From Mustelus asterias (taxonomy: Eukaryota), in NCBI RefSeq assembly GCF_964213995.1, contig NW_027591085.1, positions 1 through 64,000 on the forward strand: DNA of 64,000 nt, written 5' to 3'. A program made the position numbers and the translations under genes. The notes beneath the pieces were generated by a model. The model ran no database searches and had not been told where the DNA came from. It saw only the letters and a list, made by a program, of their open reading frames with translations. This document shows positions 27,001 through 38,800 of the stretch, in pieces. The first letter of the stretch is position 1; each line of letters opens with the position of its first letter.

Positions 27001-27698
27001 AAGCTACCATTTGTCATTGTGTGTTATCGTTTTTGTATTATGAATGGATATTAGGAACTTTGGTGTGGAGCCAGTTATCACCAAAATCCTGTAGTCTTTG
27101 CCGTGCTGACGGTGTTGAATGTCTTCGCGTGATTGACCAAAGTACGTTAAAGATATGGACACATATGGAACATGGAGAGGTTGTTGTCTGGAGTAAATGT
27201 TCCAACACAGTCACTACACTGCACATCAGGAACACCCGGTCTGCAAGCAGATGATGTTTTCCAAGTGTGACCCCAGCAAATATCTTTCCCGTGATGCTAT
27301 GACTGAGATATGTCTGTGGCTGGAGCATTCTCTTCCATTGACTTACTTTGCAAAATGTGTGTTGAATTTGAATCATACATCTCTTGTGGAATGGTGGGTG
27401 GCAGGGTGGCACAGTGGTTAGCTCTATTGCCTCACAGCGCCAGGGCCACAGGTTTGCTTCCCAACTTGGGTCAGTGTCTGTGCGGAGTCTGCACATTTTT
27501 CGTGTATGCGCGGATTTCCTCTGGGTGCTCCAGTTTCCTCCCACAGTCCAAAAAGGCATGCAGGTAAGGTTCACGGCCAGGCTAAATTCCCCCTCAGTGT
27601 ACCCGAACAGACGCCGCAATGTGGCGACACGGGAATTTTCACAGTAACTTCATTGCAGTGTTAATGTAAGCCTACTTGTGACATTAATAAATAAACTT

Positions 27699-28352
27699 AG
27701 AACATAGAACATAGAACATAGAACATTACAGCGCAGAACAGGCCCTTCGGCCCACGATGTTGCACCGACCAGTTAAAAAAAAAAACTGTGACCCTCCAAC
27801 CTAAACCAATTTCTTTTCGTCCATGAACCTATCTACGGATCTCTTAAACGCCCCCAAACTAGGCGCATTTACTACTGATGCTGGCAGGGCATTCCAATCC
27901 CTCACCACCCTCTGGGTAAAGAACCTACCCCTGACATCGGTTCTATAACTACCCCCCCTCAATTTAAAGCCATGCCCCCTCGTGCTGGATTTCTCCATCA
28001 GAGGAAAAAGGCTATCACTATCCACCCTATCTAAACCTCTAATCATCTTATATGTTTCAATAAGATCCCCTCTTAGCCGCCGCCTTTCCAGCGAAAACAA
28101 TCCCAAATCCCTCAGCCTCTCCTCATAGGATCTCCCCTCCATACCAGGCAACATCCTGGTAAACCTCCTCTGCACCCTCTCCAAAGCCTCCACATCCTTC
28201 CTGTAATGTGGGGACCAGAACTGCACACAGTACTCCAAGTGCGGCCGCACCAGAGTTGTGTACAGTTGCAACATAACGCTACGACTCCTAAATTCAATCC
28301 CCCTACCAATAAACGCCAAGACACCATATGCCTTTTTAACAACCTTATCTAC
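27699..28352 (-). mobile_element. CR1 LINE 3' fragment
   Basis: ORF 27801..28319 RT C-terminus; (AGAACAT)n tail. Confidence 0.92.
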
Positions 28353-29215
28353 TTGATCACTTCATTGCCTGATTCAATGGAAGATAAAACATTTATTCTT
28401 GTGATATTTGCAATGTGCCGCATAGCCCTGATATCCTGTGTTCGCAATACCAGCGAATGTTCGACAGCCGGTGGCCTACAGATTGAGCTGCAATTATTTA
28501 GATGCTGAAGGAGAACTTTCATGATCTCCGTGTCCGTTCCGATTCATTAAATTCTCTGTCAAAAGTCGATTTATTTTTATGTTTCACAATCAACTCAGTG
28601 TTTAATTCTCAGGAGGGCTGGATTCTTATTATTTTCAAAGGGTTGTCTTCGAGATTGGACAGTTTGACAAATATAAGGAGAAACATTGTATTGTGTGAGA
28701 GTTTCTTCTCATCTCCGAACCCAAATTGTACAGTGATAGCCATCCACACTGTAAATAGAATCACTTTGTTCATCCCCCACATTTAGTTACAGAAATCGAT
28801 AACAATTCTTCTGATAAATGATGCTTTATTATTGTAATGTGACAGACCCGGAATTGTTGCAAAATAGACTGACGGTCTCCTTATTTTCCAAAAATGTTAT
28901 TTCATCATTGTTAGAGTTGTGTTCTTGTCAGGGGCGTGGTAATAAAAGCACCATATTTACAATGGAATTAGTTTCTTTTTTAAATAAAGAGCTGATGAAC
29001 TGCAATATCACCATCAGAAATAATGGAGACAATACATTGAACATATTCAGCCAAACAAATATCCCGACACAGATAAAATGCCCATTTTAATATTAACCTA
29101 TTGTAAATCTCGGAGTCCATTCTGTTGGCGTGTGGAAGGTGGGACGTGGACCCAGTCGCCGCCTCCAGCAGGGAATCAACAGGCGGCGCCTGGAAAGCCG
29201 CCCCCTTCTGCCGGG

Positions 29216-29228
29216 TATTTAAATGACG
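29216..29228 (+). promoter_or_regulatory. VH promoter TATA-like box (TATTTAAA) followed by a TGACG CRE half-site
   Basis: TATTTAAA at 29216-29223, ~90 bp upstream of the leader ATG, in a GC/CpG-rich patch (29110-29270); no octamer ATGCAAAT seen in the proximal promoter. Confidence 0.65.
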
Positions 29229-29314
29229 CTCACTGGGACCGGAATCCAACAGTCCGGGAGCTGGTTTGTTCACTGAGTTCCTGACACAACCATTTCCCCC
29301 AATTTACCAGAAGG

Positions 29315-29360
29315 ATGAGGTCGGCGATTTCTCTCAGTTTGTTGCTGACTTTCTTCTCCG
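29315..29360 (+). CDS. IGHV: IgM VH leader exon (MRSAISLSLLLTFFS-G)
   Basis: ATG at 29315, hydrophobic signal peptide, phase-1 donor G|GTGAGT at 29360/29361. Confidence 0.93.
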
Positions 29361-29492
29361 GTGAGTAGTTTTTTTTAATTGTCCAAGTCCCTCATTGTTA
29401 CTGTCTCAATGTTAGTCTATCTCTGGAATGGTCCAGAGTCAGCAACCATGTCACCAAGATTAATCCTCGGGTTTCCTGATCTATTTTTACAG

Positions 29493-29797
29493 GTGTCCAG
29501 TCGGAGGTTGTGTTGACTCAGCCAGAGGCAGAGACCGGGCGTCCCGGAGGCTCCCTGAAACTGACCTGTAAAACCAGCGGATTCGATCTTGGAGGCTACT
29601 ACACGGGTTGGATCCGACAGGTTCCCGGGCAGGGCCTGGAGTGGCTGGTTAGCTACTATACTTCATCAAGCAACTATTACGCCTCCGGGATTCAGGGCCG
29701 ATTTACTGCGTCCAAAGACCTTTCAAACAGCATCTTCGCTTTGGACATGACGAGCCTGAAGACCGAAGACACCGCCATCTATTACTGTGCAAGAGAC
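29493..29797 (+). CDS. IGHV: IgM VH exon, germline, intact ([54 protein letters not shown]...[11 protein letters not shown])
   Basis: Acceptor TTTTTACAG at 29492; conserved Cys, Trp (WIRQ), GLEW and YYCAR motifs; open frame (ORF 29510..29869). Confidence 0.97.
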
Positions 29798-29836
29798 CAC
29801 AGCGAGAGGAACCAGGGATGGACCCGAACAAGAACA
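29798..29836 (+). promoter_or_regulatory. VH 23-RSS
   Basis: Heptamer CACAGCG (29798-29804), 23-nt spacer, nonamer ACAAGAACA (29828-29836). Confidence 0.92.
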
Positions 29837-30171
29837 GCTCGAGAGGGAATTCAGCAACTTCCATCATAACCTGAAGGTCAGTATCTGTTTTAAATGTAAT
29901 ATCATCGACAGTGGTCAGAACCAAACCATAATCGTGTTTAAAAAGTAACAAAGAAAGCATTTAACAGTAAAATTTAACAAAGTCACCGATATAACGGGGT
30001 GAGCTTTTCACTGACTTTATATTTATTGTCGTTTCAGCAAGTACAGCACTATCGTTTTAATATTTCTGATAGATTGTGTTATATAAACAGTTGCCTACAT
30101 TTTAAGTTAGAGCAGAACAAATGGTCCATTTGAAGTGAATATTGAGCGGCAGTACTGAACAGAGCAAGTGC

Positions 30172-30251
30172 AGTTTTTGTACGGGTGTCTGTCACTGTGA
30201 TACAGCAGTGGGTCACTGTGCTGAACACAGCGACATCCTCATACAAAAACC
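30172..30251 (+). other. IGHD: D1 segment (ATACAGCAGTGGGT, 30200-30213) with 5' 12-RSS and 3' 22-RSS
   Basis: AGTTTTTGT-12 nt-CACTGTG | D | CACTGTG-22 nt-ACAAAAACC. Confidence 0.95.
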
Positions 30252-30561
30252 TCAGAGAAAGACTTTGCTTAAATATGTGATCAGTGCCACTGCCGAATGC
30301 TAAACAAAGTGAGGATTCCAACAAAATAATATGTAGAAGCAGCATTGTTTTTTATAAGGTATAAAATACTTCAAATTTATTGTTATTGGTTTACATGCTG
30401 AATGTGCACAGAGAGTCTCAAAGTTTCTAATCCCCTTTATCAATCTCATGACCAGTAAAAATTGAAATATCTCACTGACTCACTCTTAAACGGGATGGAA
30501 ACAGGCTTTTGAAATAGCAGTGGAATTAACCATCTGCATGATACAGTTAACAGTCTGCCGC

Positions 30562-30629
30562 AGTATTTGTCATGCTGTGTCTCACTGTGATAACTGGGTG
30601 GCACAGTAGTTACTGTCAATACAAAAACC
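30562..30629 (+). other. IGHD: D2 segment (ATAACTGGGTGG, 30590-30601) with 12/12 RSS
   Basis: AGTATTTGT-12 nt-CACTGTG | D | CACAGTA-12 nt-ACAAAAACC. Confidence 0.95.
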
Positions 30630-30953
30630 CCTCAGTACCAATTGATTGAGGCTGGATCAGAGTCACTTGTAACTTCCAACTTTAATCACAGTACAGTATT
30701 ATTTATGTCGAGCACTGACCACATGATAAGAATGAACATGGAAGATATGTGATAATTACTCAATTATCAGTTGGTGTTTTCAATAACATGTTCATGTGTT
30801 CCTCTGTGAAATATATAACATCAATGTCATTTATGAATGGAGAATGGTATCCAGAAATGCAATGATAATTTAATGAACATTAATTGACTGTTTTTCCTCT
30901 GGTTTGTGAATATTTAAAATAATGGTGGTTTTGTGTTTATTTTGTGCAGGGAC

Positions 30954-30992
30954 GGTTATTGTATGACACAGCCCAGAGAATGTGACACTGTG
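30954..30992 (+). promoter_or_regulatory. JH 23-RSS
   Basis: Nonamer GGTTATTGT (30954-30962), 23-nt spacer, heptamer CACTGTG (30986-30992). Confidence 0.92.
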
Positions 30993-31040
30993 ACGAGTTC
31001 GACTACTGGGGACAAGGAACCATGGTGACGGTGACTGCAG
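30993..31040 (+). CDS. IGHJ: JH segment (EFDYWGQGTMVTVTA)
   Basis: WGxG motif; phase-1 donor G|GTAAGA at 31040/31041. Confidence 0.96.
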
Positions 31041-34000
31041 GTAAGAACCATGCACTTATTGAGTAATTGGCTTTCATGTGTCTTTATTTTACATTTTTGT
31101 CGATACTCATAATCCATTTGTTTACTTAAATGGGGGTTTGGTGGATTCTGGATTGTGATTTTTTTACAATGTTTCCTGTGATTCTGCTGCAAAGGGCTTC
31201 TAGAATTATGCTGTTTCTTGACAATAGAGGCTGCTGAGCGATTCAATCCCTCGTTCTTGCGATGTTGTGTTTATCTGTTGAGGTTACTGTGTGGCTGGGT
31301 TACTTTAAAAGCCTGACGTCTGTTAAACAATTCAGCGTTTCTGCAATGTTTAATCTCGGTGACATCTAGTGGCTGCGGGTTGTACCATCAACTGCACAAG
31401 TGTTTGAAATCTAACCGAATATTTTTTTAAAGTTCTAAAATTTCTAGATTAATCCAGTGAACATGTTCCACTCACTAGCAGTGCTGGTGCTGCTATGCAA
31501 TATTTCTGCTTATTATAAACATTAATTACTTTGGTGATGGGTGGATTGGCTGGAATTTATATTAAAAATTTCTGTCAATGTTACATTTGATTCTGTTGAA
31601 AGTGTTTGTAGAATTGAGCTGCTTCTGCAGGAAGCGGGGTTCAGACTCTCAGTGGTGCGTTTTTTCTGGTGAGATTATGTATCTGGGTGACTTTAAGTAA
31701 GTAAAATTTGTGACATAGTTTGGTGTTTCTGCATTGTTTAAACTCGGTGACACAGCTGTTACACGCTGCGGGTTTACAATTGCTTGACGCATGACTGCAG
31801 GCAGAAATCAGACAGGCTTTAGTGTGTTTGTATTTTTAAAATTTTAAGTGATAATTGCAGGTTAAAATAAACCACGGTTTACGCCGCTCGTTCAGAACAT
31901 AGTTTGTCACGGCATTCACAATCTGAGGTACCTGCAATGTTTAATCTCGGTGGCATTTGATGGCTGGAGCTTTTACCATCCAAATGTTTAAATATGTTTG
32001 AAATATATTCCAATCTGAATAAAATGTGATAACGTTTCAATACTAATTTGTTGGGCATATTCCATCTCCTCGCAATGCTATTGTTATTATTCCAGATTTA
32101 TGTTACCTTTAACAATTGGTTAAGAGCTGGTTTGCTAGATTCGATATTGAGATTTTCTTGCAATGTGACATTTGATTCTGTTCAATGGATAATTGAGCTG
32201 TTTCTCCATGAAACGGATTCATTCCCTCATTGATGTGTTTTGGTGTGTTTCCGTTGAGGAGATTCTGTGGTTTGGTCACTATGAATGTTTAAAATTTGTG
32301 AAATAGTTTGGCTTTGCTGCATTATTTCTGCATTGTTCAAACTCGGTGCCACTGAGCGGTTAGACGTTTTCTGGTTGAATGCAAACAATCTTTGAGTTTG
32401 AAAATCCTTGTAGGGAGAAAACGAGCAGGTTTTGGAAAAAAAACTAAAATAAAGATATTACAGCATTTTTATAAATTTTAACTAACGCTTACAAATTAAA
32501 ATACATCATGACGTACAACGCTCATTCGGACACTACGTCGTTGCTGCAATCAAAAACTTCTCATTAACAAGTTTAATAGTAAAATTAATATAAATCAAAC
32601 AATTATTAATCGGTAATATAACTCCATATTCACCAAAGATTACTTTGTATTGATATAATTTAGCAGTCATCCCCTTTAATAGTTCTGTTGTGCTTTTCAC
32701 ACAATTAACATGACCAGAAAAATTTCCAGACTGCAAATATTTTGTGACAATTCCAGAAATTATTTCAATGATAACATGCTGTTTCCACAGCAGCTCTCAG
32801 CTGAACACGATACTTGGCATTAGTCGTTATATCCCAGATTAAGTTCGCATTCACTGGAATACGAGTTTTGCAGAATAAGACGTTGCTTTTTGGCTATTTT
32901 TGTATCCGAATACTACATTTTTTTCCTGTGCAGTCGCAACCAGATTATTCCTTCCAAGTAATTTGTAATTGGATACCGAGATAATTAATTACTAATCTCA
33001 TCTCAAAATTTGTGAAATGGTTTGGTGTTTCTCAATTGTTTCTGTATTGGTTCAACTCAGTGATACTGAACGGTTACACGTTTTCTGGCTAAATGAAAAT
33101 AAAACTGCGTTTGAAAATTCTTGGAGGGGTAAAGTAAACAGGTTTCGGAAAAATAAAATAAATATATGTTAGGACTTTTATTCATGTTAACTGATGCTTA
33201 CAGATTAAAATAAATCATGAATTACAATTCTTACTGTGTCACCGTATCTCTGTTAGGGACATTACACTACCCTGAATCTTTTATATTTGATGTGCTCATT
33301 TTCAGAAAAAATACATTTTTGCCCAGTTTTCGGGATTTGAGACAGACAGGGAGAGATAGTTAAAAGGCGAAGGGAGTTTTGAAATGAACATCAGGTTAAT
33401 TTAAAATATGTATTGATTTTTTTGTTGTTGTAATTTGACCTTTGATCAATTAGAATCAAAGAGTTTGTATAAATTTGACAGAGTGAACAGAGTTTTCTGA
33501 CAGGTGGAATTCGCTGACACTCAAGCAATTGTTCATATGATTGTGTTTGAATTGTAGTAAAGTGTCAACACAAACTGGCTAGAGATGGACAAGTTAATGC
33601 TTGAAATTCAAAAAGATTAATTTATGTAAAAATATTCTGATACTATAAAAATAATATTAGCTCTGCACTTAATAATAACATCATGTCTCCCATTACTGCT
33701 GAACTCAGGATAGAATTATGGGAAGAATAAATGACAGAATAGAAGAATTGATTATATCTGAACCTTATGTTTAATACTTGTTAAATATTATAATGAAGAA
33801 AAAGTCTGGACTTATATTCTGCATCGTGCTTTAGAGGATTTGAATCAATTGTCCTCTTTGTGTTTGCACTGTTTAATTCAGATTTTCTTTAATTAAACAA
33901 TGTGTTCAGTAATTAAGTTATATGGATGGGCTAACTTTTTACATCTAGAATGCATTATTATTGATTTCAAACTGCCAGGCCGTTACAGCCTATACAAATT

Positions 34001-35889
34001 CAGAAGTATGCATTTTTAACACGTTTCTAGGTTATAATACGATATTTGTAGTAAAAGTGGAAAAGTAAAATATTACAATGTGATTGGATTTAAGTAAATG
34101 AATGACAGATTCTGAATGTTTCCATTCAGTAATTTGAAATTATTGTTTAACATTGTATAAGGTTTAATTGTAACCTAATTATTTAACAATGCTGGAGGTA
34201 GAAGCACGTTTTGAATGATTGAAAACTCATTTTATTACAGAGTTCAAATCAGCTGATAAGAGAACTAACTGGCAATTAACAATAACTTAAAATATAATAT
34301 TGCTGCTGATTAATTTAAAACAAAAGAACTTGAATATTGTACAGGTGTGCAAAATACAATTAGTTTTAGAGAATATTTAATTGTATCGAAAATGAATTCA
34401 GAAACAAAACATTTCTTTACTCAGCTATGCTCAGCTCGATAAAGTATTTTGCCTTGATTATTTTGTTCATTAATTTAATTAAGAAATTAACTCGAATCAG
34501 ATAATGATTTTCAATGTAAATGTTTCCTGATTTGTTTAATTCTGACTGTGTCACTGCATCTCTGTTAGGGACATTGAACTGTCCTGAACCTGTTATTTTT
34601 CATTGCTCATTTTCAGCAAAATTACATTTTTACATAGTTTTCGAGAAGTGAGACAGAGAAATAATTAAAAGTCGAAAGGAGTTCTGAAATGAATATCAGT
34701 TTAATTTAAAGTAGGTTATTGATTTTCTGTTGTTGTAAGTTGACCATTGATCAATTAGAATCCAACAATTTGAATGAAATTGACAGATTGAACAGATCTA
34801 TCTGCTGGGCACTCGATTGTTGCACCGTTTGTGTCTGTTCTGTTTCTGTGCGCGTGGTCACTGTGTTGGCACCAAGAATCTGCCTGACTGGTTATAAACC
34901 TTTTGGTTCCTTCCCCTGTATTTCCGGGAGTGAAAATTGATTTATTTCTTCAATAAACTTGTATCTGTGAGAAACGTGACAGGTTGATCTGATGTTTGAC
35001 TCGGAGTCTCAGAAATAAGATCCCTAAAGCACACTGTGACCGTTAGAGAGAGCAGAAACGTCAGGCTGCAGAGAGAGATTTGGTTGATTCTTAACCAGTG
35101 ATATACCGGCTTTGGGAACTTTGGATGAGCAAATGCAAAGGGAGATTTACTATATTGTACTGTATACTATAGCGGTCCCTGACCTGTTTAGTCGAACAGT
35201 TACAGGGTCAAATTCGTTTGCATCTTATTCTTAATTTCTAAAGGCAATTTAGAGTCGCTTGCAAAGCAAGAATTTTAAATATGTCCCTACATAATTGTTC
35301 CTTGGGAAAGAATTGATATTAAGTATCCTTGAATAACTGCAGTGCATATGCTGCAGGCGTCCGCCGTGCTGATGGGCAGGAAGTTCCAGGATTTTGACCC
35401 AGCGACTGTGAAGGAACTGAGATATTGTTTCAAGTCAAGATGGTGTGTGTCTTGTCGGGGAGCTTGCAGGTGATAGTGTTCATATGTGGCTTCTGCCCTT
35501 GTCCCGTTAGGCTGTAAAGGCAGTGGCTTTGGACAGTGCTTTCTATGGAGTCTTGGTGAGTTGCTGCAGTGCATCTTGTATATTATACACTGCTGTAACT
35601 GCTTGTTAGTGATAGAGAGAGTGAATAGGGTGACTGAGGGGGTTGGGTAATCTTGTGGGTGGCTTTGTCCTGGATTGTGTCAAATTCCTTGAGTTTTTAC
35701 AAGTTTCGCTCATTGAGGAAAGAGGAAATTATTCAATTGTGAACTGACTTGTGAAAGATTTAAATGTTTTTCCAACCCTTGGCCCGCGCTCCGTATTGTG
35801 CTCACTTGTCACTCCCATTTACTGTGTGAGTGGGTGAGTGTGTATGTGAAGTGAGGGTGTTTTTCCAGACTGAATCAGCCAGAGAGAGA

Positions 35890-38800
35890 CTTACACACAT
35901 CACACACTCTCACACACATAAATACACACATACACATTCTCATAGTCTCTCACACATGCACACATATATATTCACACTTACTTTGTCTCTCATCCGATCT
36001 CTCTCACACACCCATACACATTCTCTCTCACGTTCTACATACATTCTCTCAAATACAAATACACACATACTCTCGCTCTCTCATACCACCATACACAAAA
36101 GCACTCACACGCACACCCCCGACACACATTCTCTCTTACACACAGACACACACTCTCACATAAGCACAGTCTCACACTCTCACATGCACTCTCTCTCCCA
36201 CACTCTGTCACACACGCTCAAGCTGTCTCACATTTATTCACACACGCTCTCTCACAATTCCTCTTGCGCACGCATCTCTCTCTCTCACTCACACATACAC
36301 ACACGCATATATTTCTAAAGCTCTTGCACACACTATCTCACACCTGTACATTCTTGCTCTCACACACTGGCTCTCTCATAAACACACTCTCTCACAAACA
36401 TAGACCCACGCACACACTCGGACACACACTCTTACACACAGACACAGTCTCTCACATAAGCACAGTCTCGCGCACACATTCTCCCTCACACACACACACA
36501 CATACACACACACACACACACACACATGCACTATCCCTCTCACATTCCCTCTTCCGTGCTCTCACTCCGTCTCACACACATTCCCATGCTCTCTCTCTCT
36601 CATACGGACACTTGCACACGCATTCTCTCACACAGGTACGTTTTTATCTCTCTTTCACCCGCTCACTCCCTTACACATTGTCTCACACACGCACAATCTT
36701 GCTCTCAAACACTGTATCTCACAAACACCCTCTCTCTCTCACACGCACACAGTCTCTCCGTCTCTCACACACGAACACACATGTATACACAATGTATCTC
36801 TCTTAAACACTCCACCTATCACAGACACATGTCCTCTCAACCGTTATTTCACTCACACACACTCACGCATCCATTCTGCATCATTTTCACAGTTTTTCTC
36901 ACTCACACACACTCTCCCCGCCCCTCCACACACACACACGCACACACATATACTTTGAAGAACAGAAAAATACTCTCACACACATAAAAAATAACTCTTC
37001 AAACACACACACACTCTCTCGCACACACGCATTCTCTATCTCACATATCCTTTCTCTCACGCACACTCTCTCCTCTTGCACACACAGACCACTTTCTCAA
37101 ACACGTGCAAAACACTCATGTGTCTGACACACTCTCACACACATAAACCAACACAACGTCTCTCTCTCTCACAAAAATTCTCTCTCTCTGTCTCACACAC
37201 GCACACACACACACACACACTCAAACACATCGCTTCTATCACCCACACACATTGCACATATCGTTCTCACTCACACGCCATCCCATGCACACTTTCACAC
37301 ACTCATGAACATATTATTTTGCTTTCCAATAGGCACTCCCTCTCACACATACTGTCTTTCACATGAACACAACACTCTCTCCCACACACACACACCCTCC
37401 CTCAAGCACACACACTCACTTTCATAGACACCCTGTATCTCATATAGACACACTTCTTTTCACATAAACACACACTCAATCACACACCGAAGTACTCTCT
37501 CACACAGACTGCCCACACACACACTTTCAAGAAGAGACACACTCTCACACACAAAGAATAACTTTTCAAACACACATTCTCTCTCACACACACACACGTT
37601 ATCTCACACACCTTTCTCTCACACACACTCTCCCCTCTTGCACACACAGCCCACTGTCTCACACACGTGCAAACGCAGTCTATCACACACAGGCACCCTC
37701 ACACATACATTCACCCTCTATCTCTCTCACACAGCCAAACACCCTCTCCACTTTCCATCTCACATACGTCAGAGTAATTGTCCTTGACATCATAAATTGA
37801 AGCATAGGATCCTCCAGTGCAGAAGGGGCCAATCAGCCCATTGAGTCTGCACCAACAGCAGTCCCACCAAAGCCCTATCCCCATAACCACATGTATTTAC
37901 CCTAACTAGTCCCTCTGACACTACGGGGCAATTTAGCACGGCCAATCCAACGAACCCGCACATGTTTGGACTGTGGGGGGGAAACAGGAGCACCCGTAGG
38001 AAACCCAAGCAGACACGGGGTGAACTTGCAAACTCCACACAGACAGTGAGCCAAGTCGGGAATCGAACTGTGAGGCAGCAGTGCTAATCACCGTGCCACC
38101 GCCCACCCCCCCAACCCCCGCTAGCATTTGAATGAGGGTGGGATCGAGGAGCCCGAGTAAAACTCAAGTCAATAAGAATCGGCGGGAAATTCTTCTCTGT
38201 TCGGAGTCATACTTAGCACAAAGCAAGATGGTGTTGGTTGTTGGAGGTCAAACATCTAAGTTCAGATTTCACTGCAAAAGTTCGGCAGGGGATTGTTCTG
38301 GGACCAACAATCTTCTACTGCTTCACCAAAGACATTCCATCCAACATGAGGTCAGAAGTAGAGATTTCCATGTGTTACACCGGACACAAAGACGCAATAA
38401 GTAAGAAGGGACTTGGCTGAGACCAAGGCCGCCTGGCTCCCCAATACTGGTGTAAACCTGCTGTTTGATTCCTGTGCGACCCATTCTGGTTGCGCTGTCA
38501 GCTTCCCTTCCAGCTCCCTCAGTCTGTCTATTTATTAACTGATACGCGTTTCTTAAAGAAAGGCACCGACATTAAAGCAGCTGCCCGGTGATCTACACTG
38601 CTGCCTGACTTTACACAGCCCTGTTACAGAAAGCTGATCAATGTAGACAATCGGGAAAAGATCGATGGAGAGGAAGAGGAGGAGGTGGCCCACTGACTCT
38701 CTCACCCCCGCCCACACTTCCTCACTCACCCTCAATCTCTCATCCTCACTCAAAGAACTTCACTCACTCACCTTCACTTACCCAACTTCCCTCGCTGACA

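Larger units (their letters stand above)
4080..29797 (+). repeat. Tandem segmental duplication: unit A ~4080-20070 (ends in psiVH), unit B ~20078-29797 (ends in functional VH)
   Basis: Colinear homologous blocks: 4081-4680/20078-20690, 5340-5790/21530-21960, 6520-6720/24420-24680, 13360-13910/26800-27390, 17815-18130/28380-28700, 18850-19080/28790-29050, 19100-19195/29390-29490. Confidence 0.9.

Noticed and set aside
26800-27390. Sequence conserved with 13360-13910 as a possible host exon
   Set aside because: Stops and frameshifts in both copies; similarity explained by the duplication; weak CxxC...HxCP pattern suggests an ancient LINE remnant at most
31260-33230. Regularly recurring ~29-bp motif as a CRISPR-like array
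   Set aside because: Vertebrate DNA; spacing is irregular (~200-700 bp) and intervening sequences are themselves duplicated
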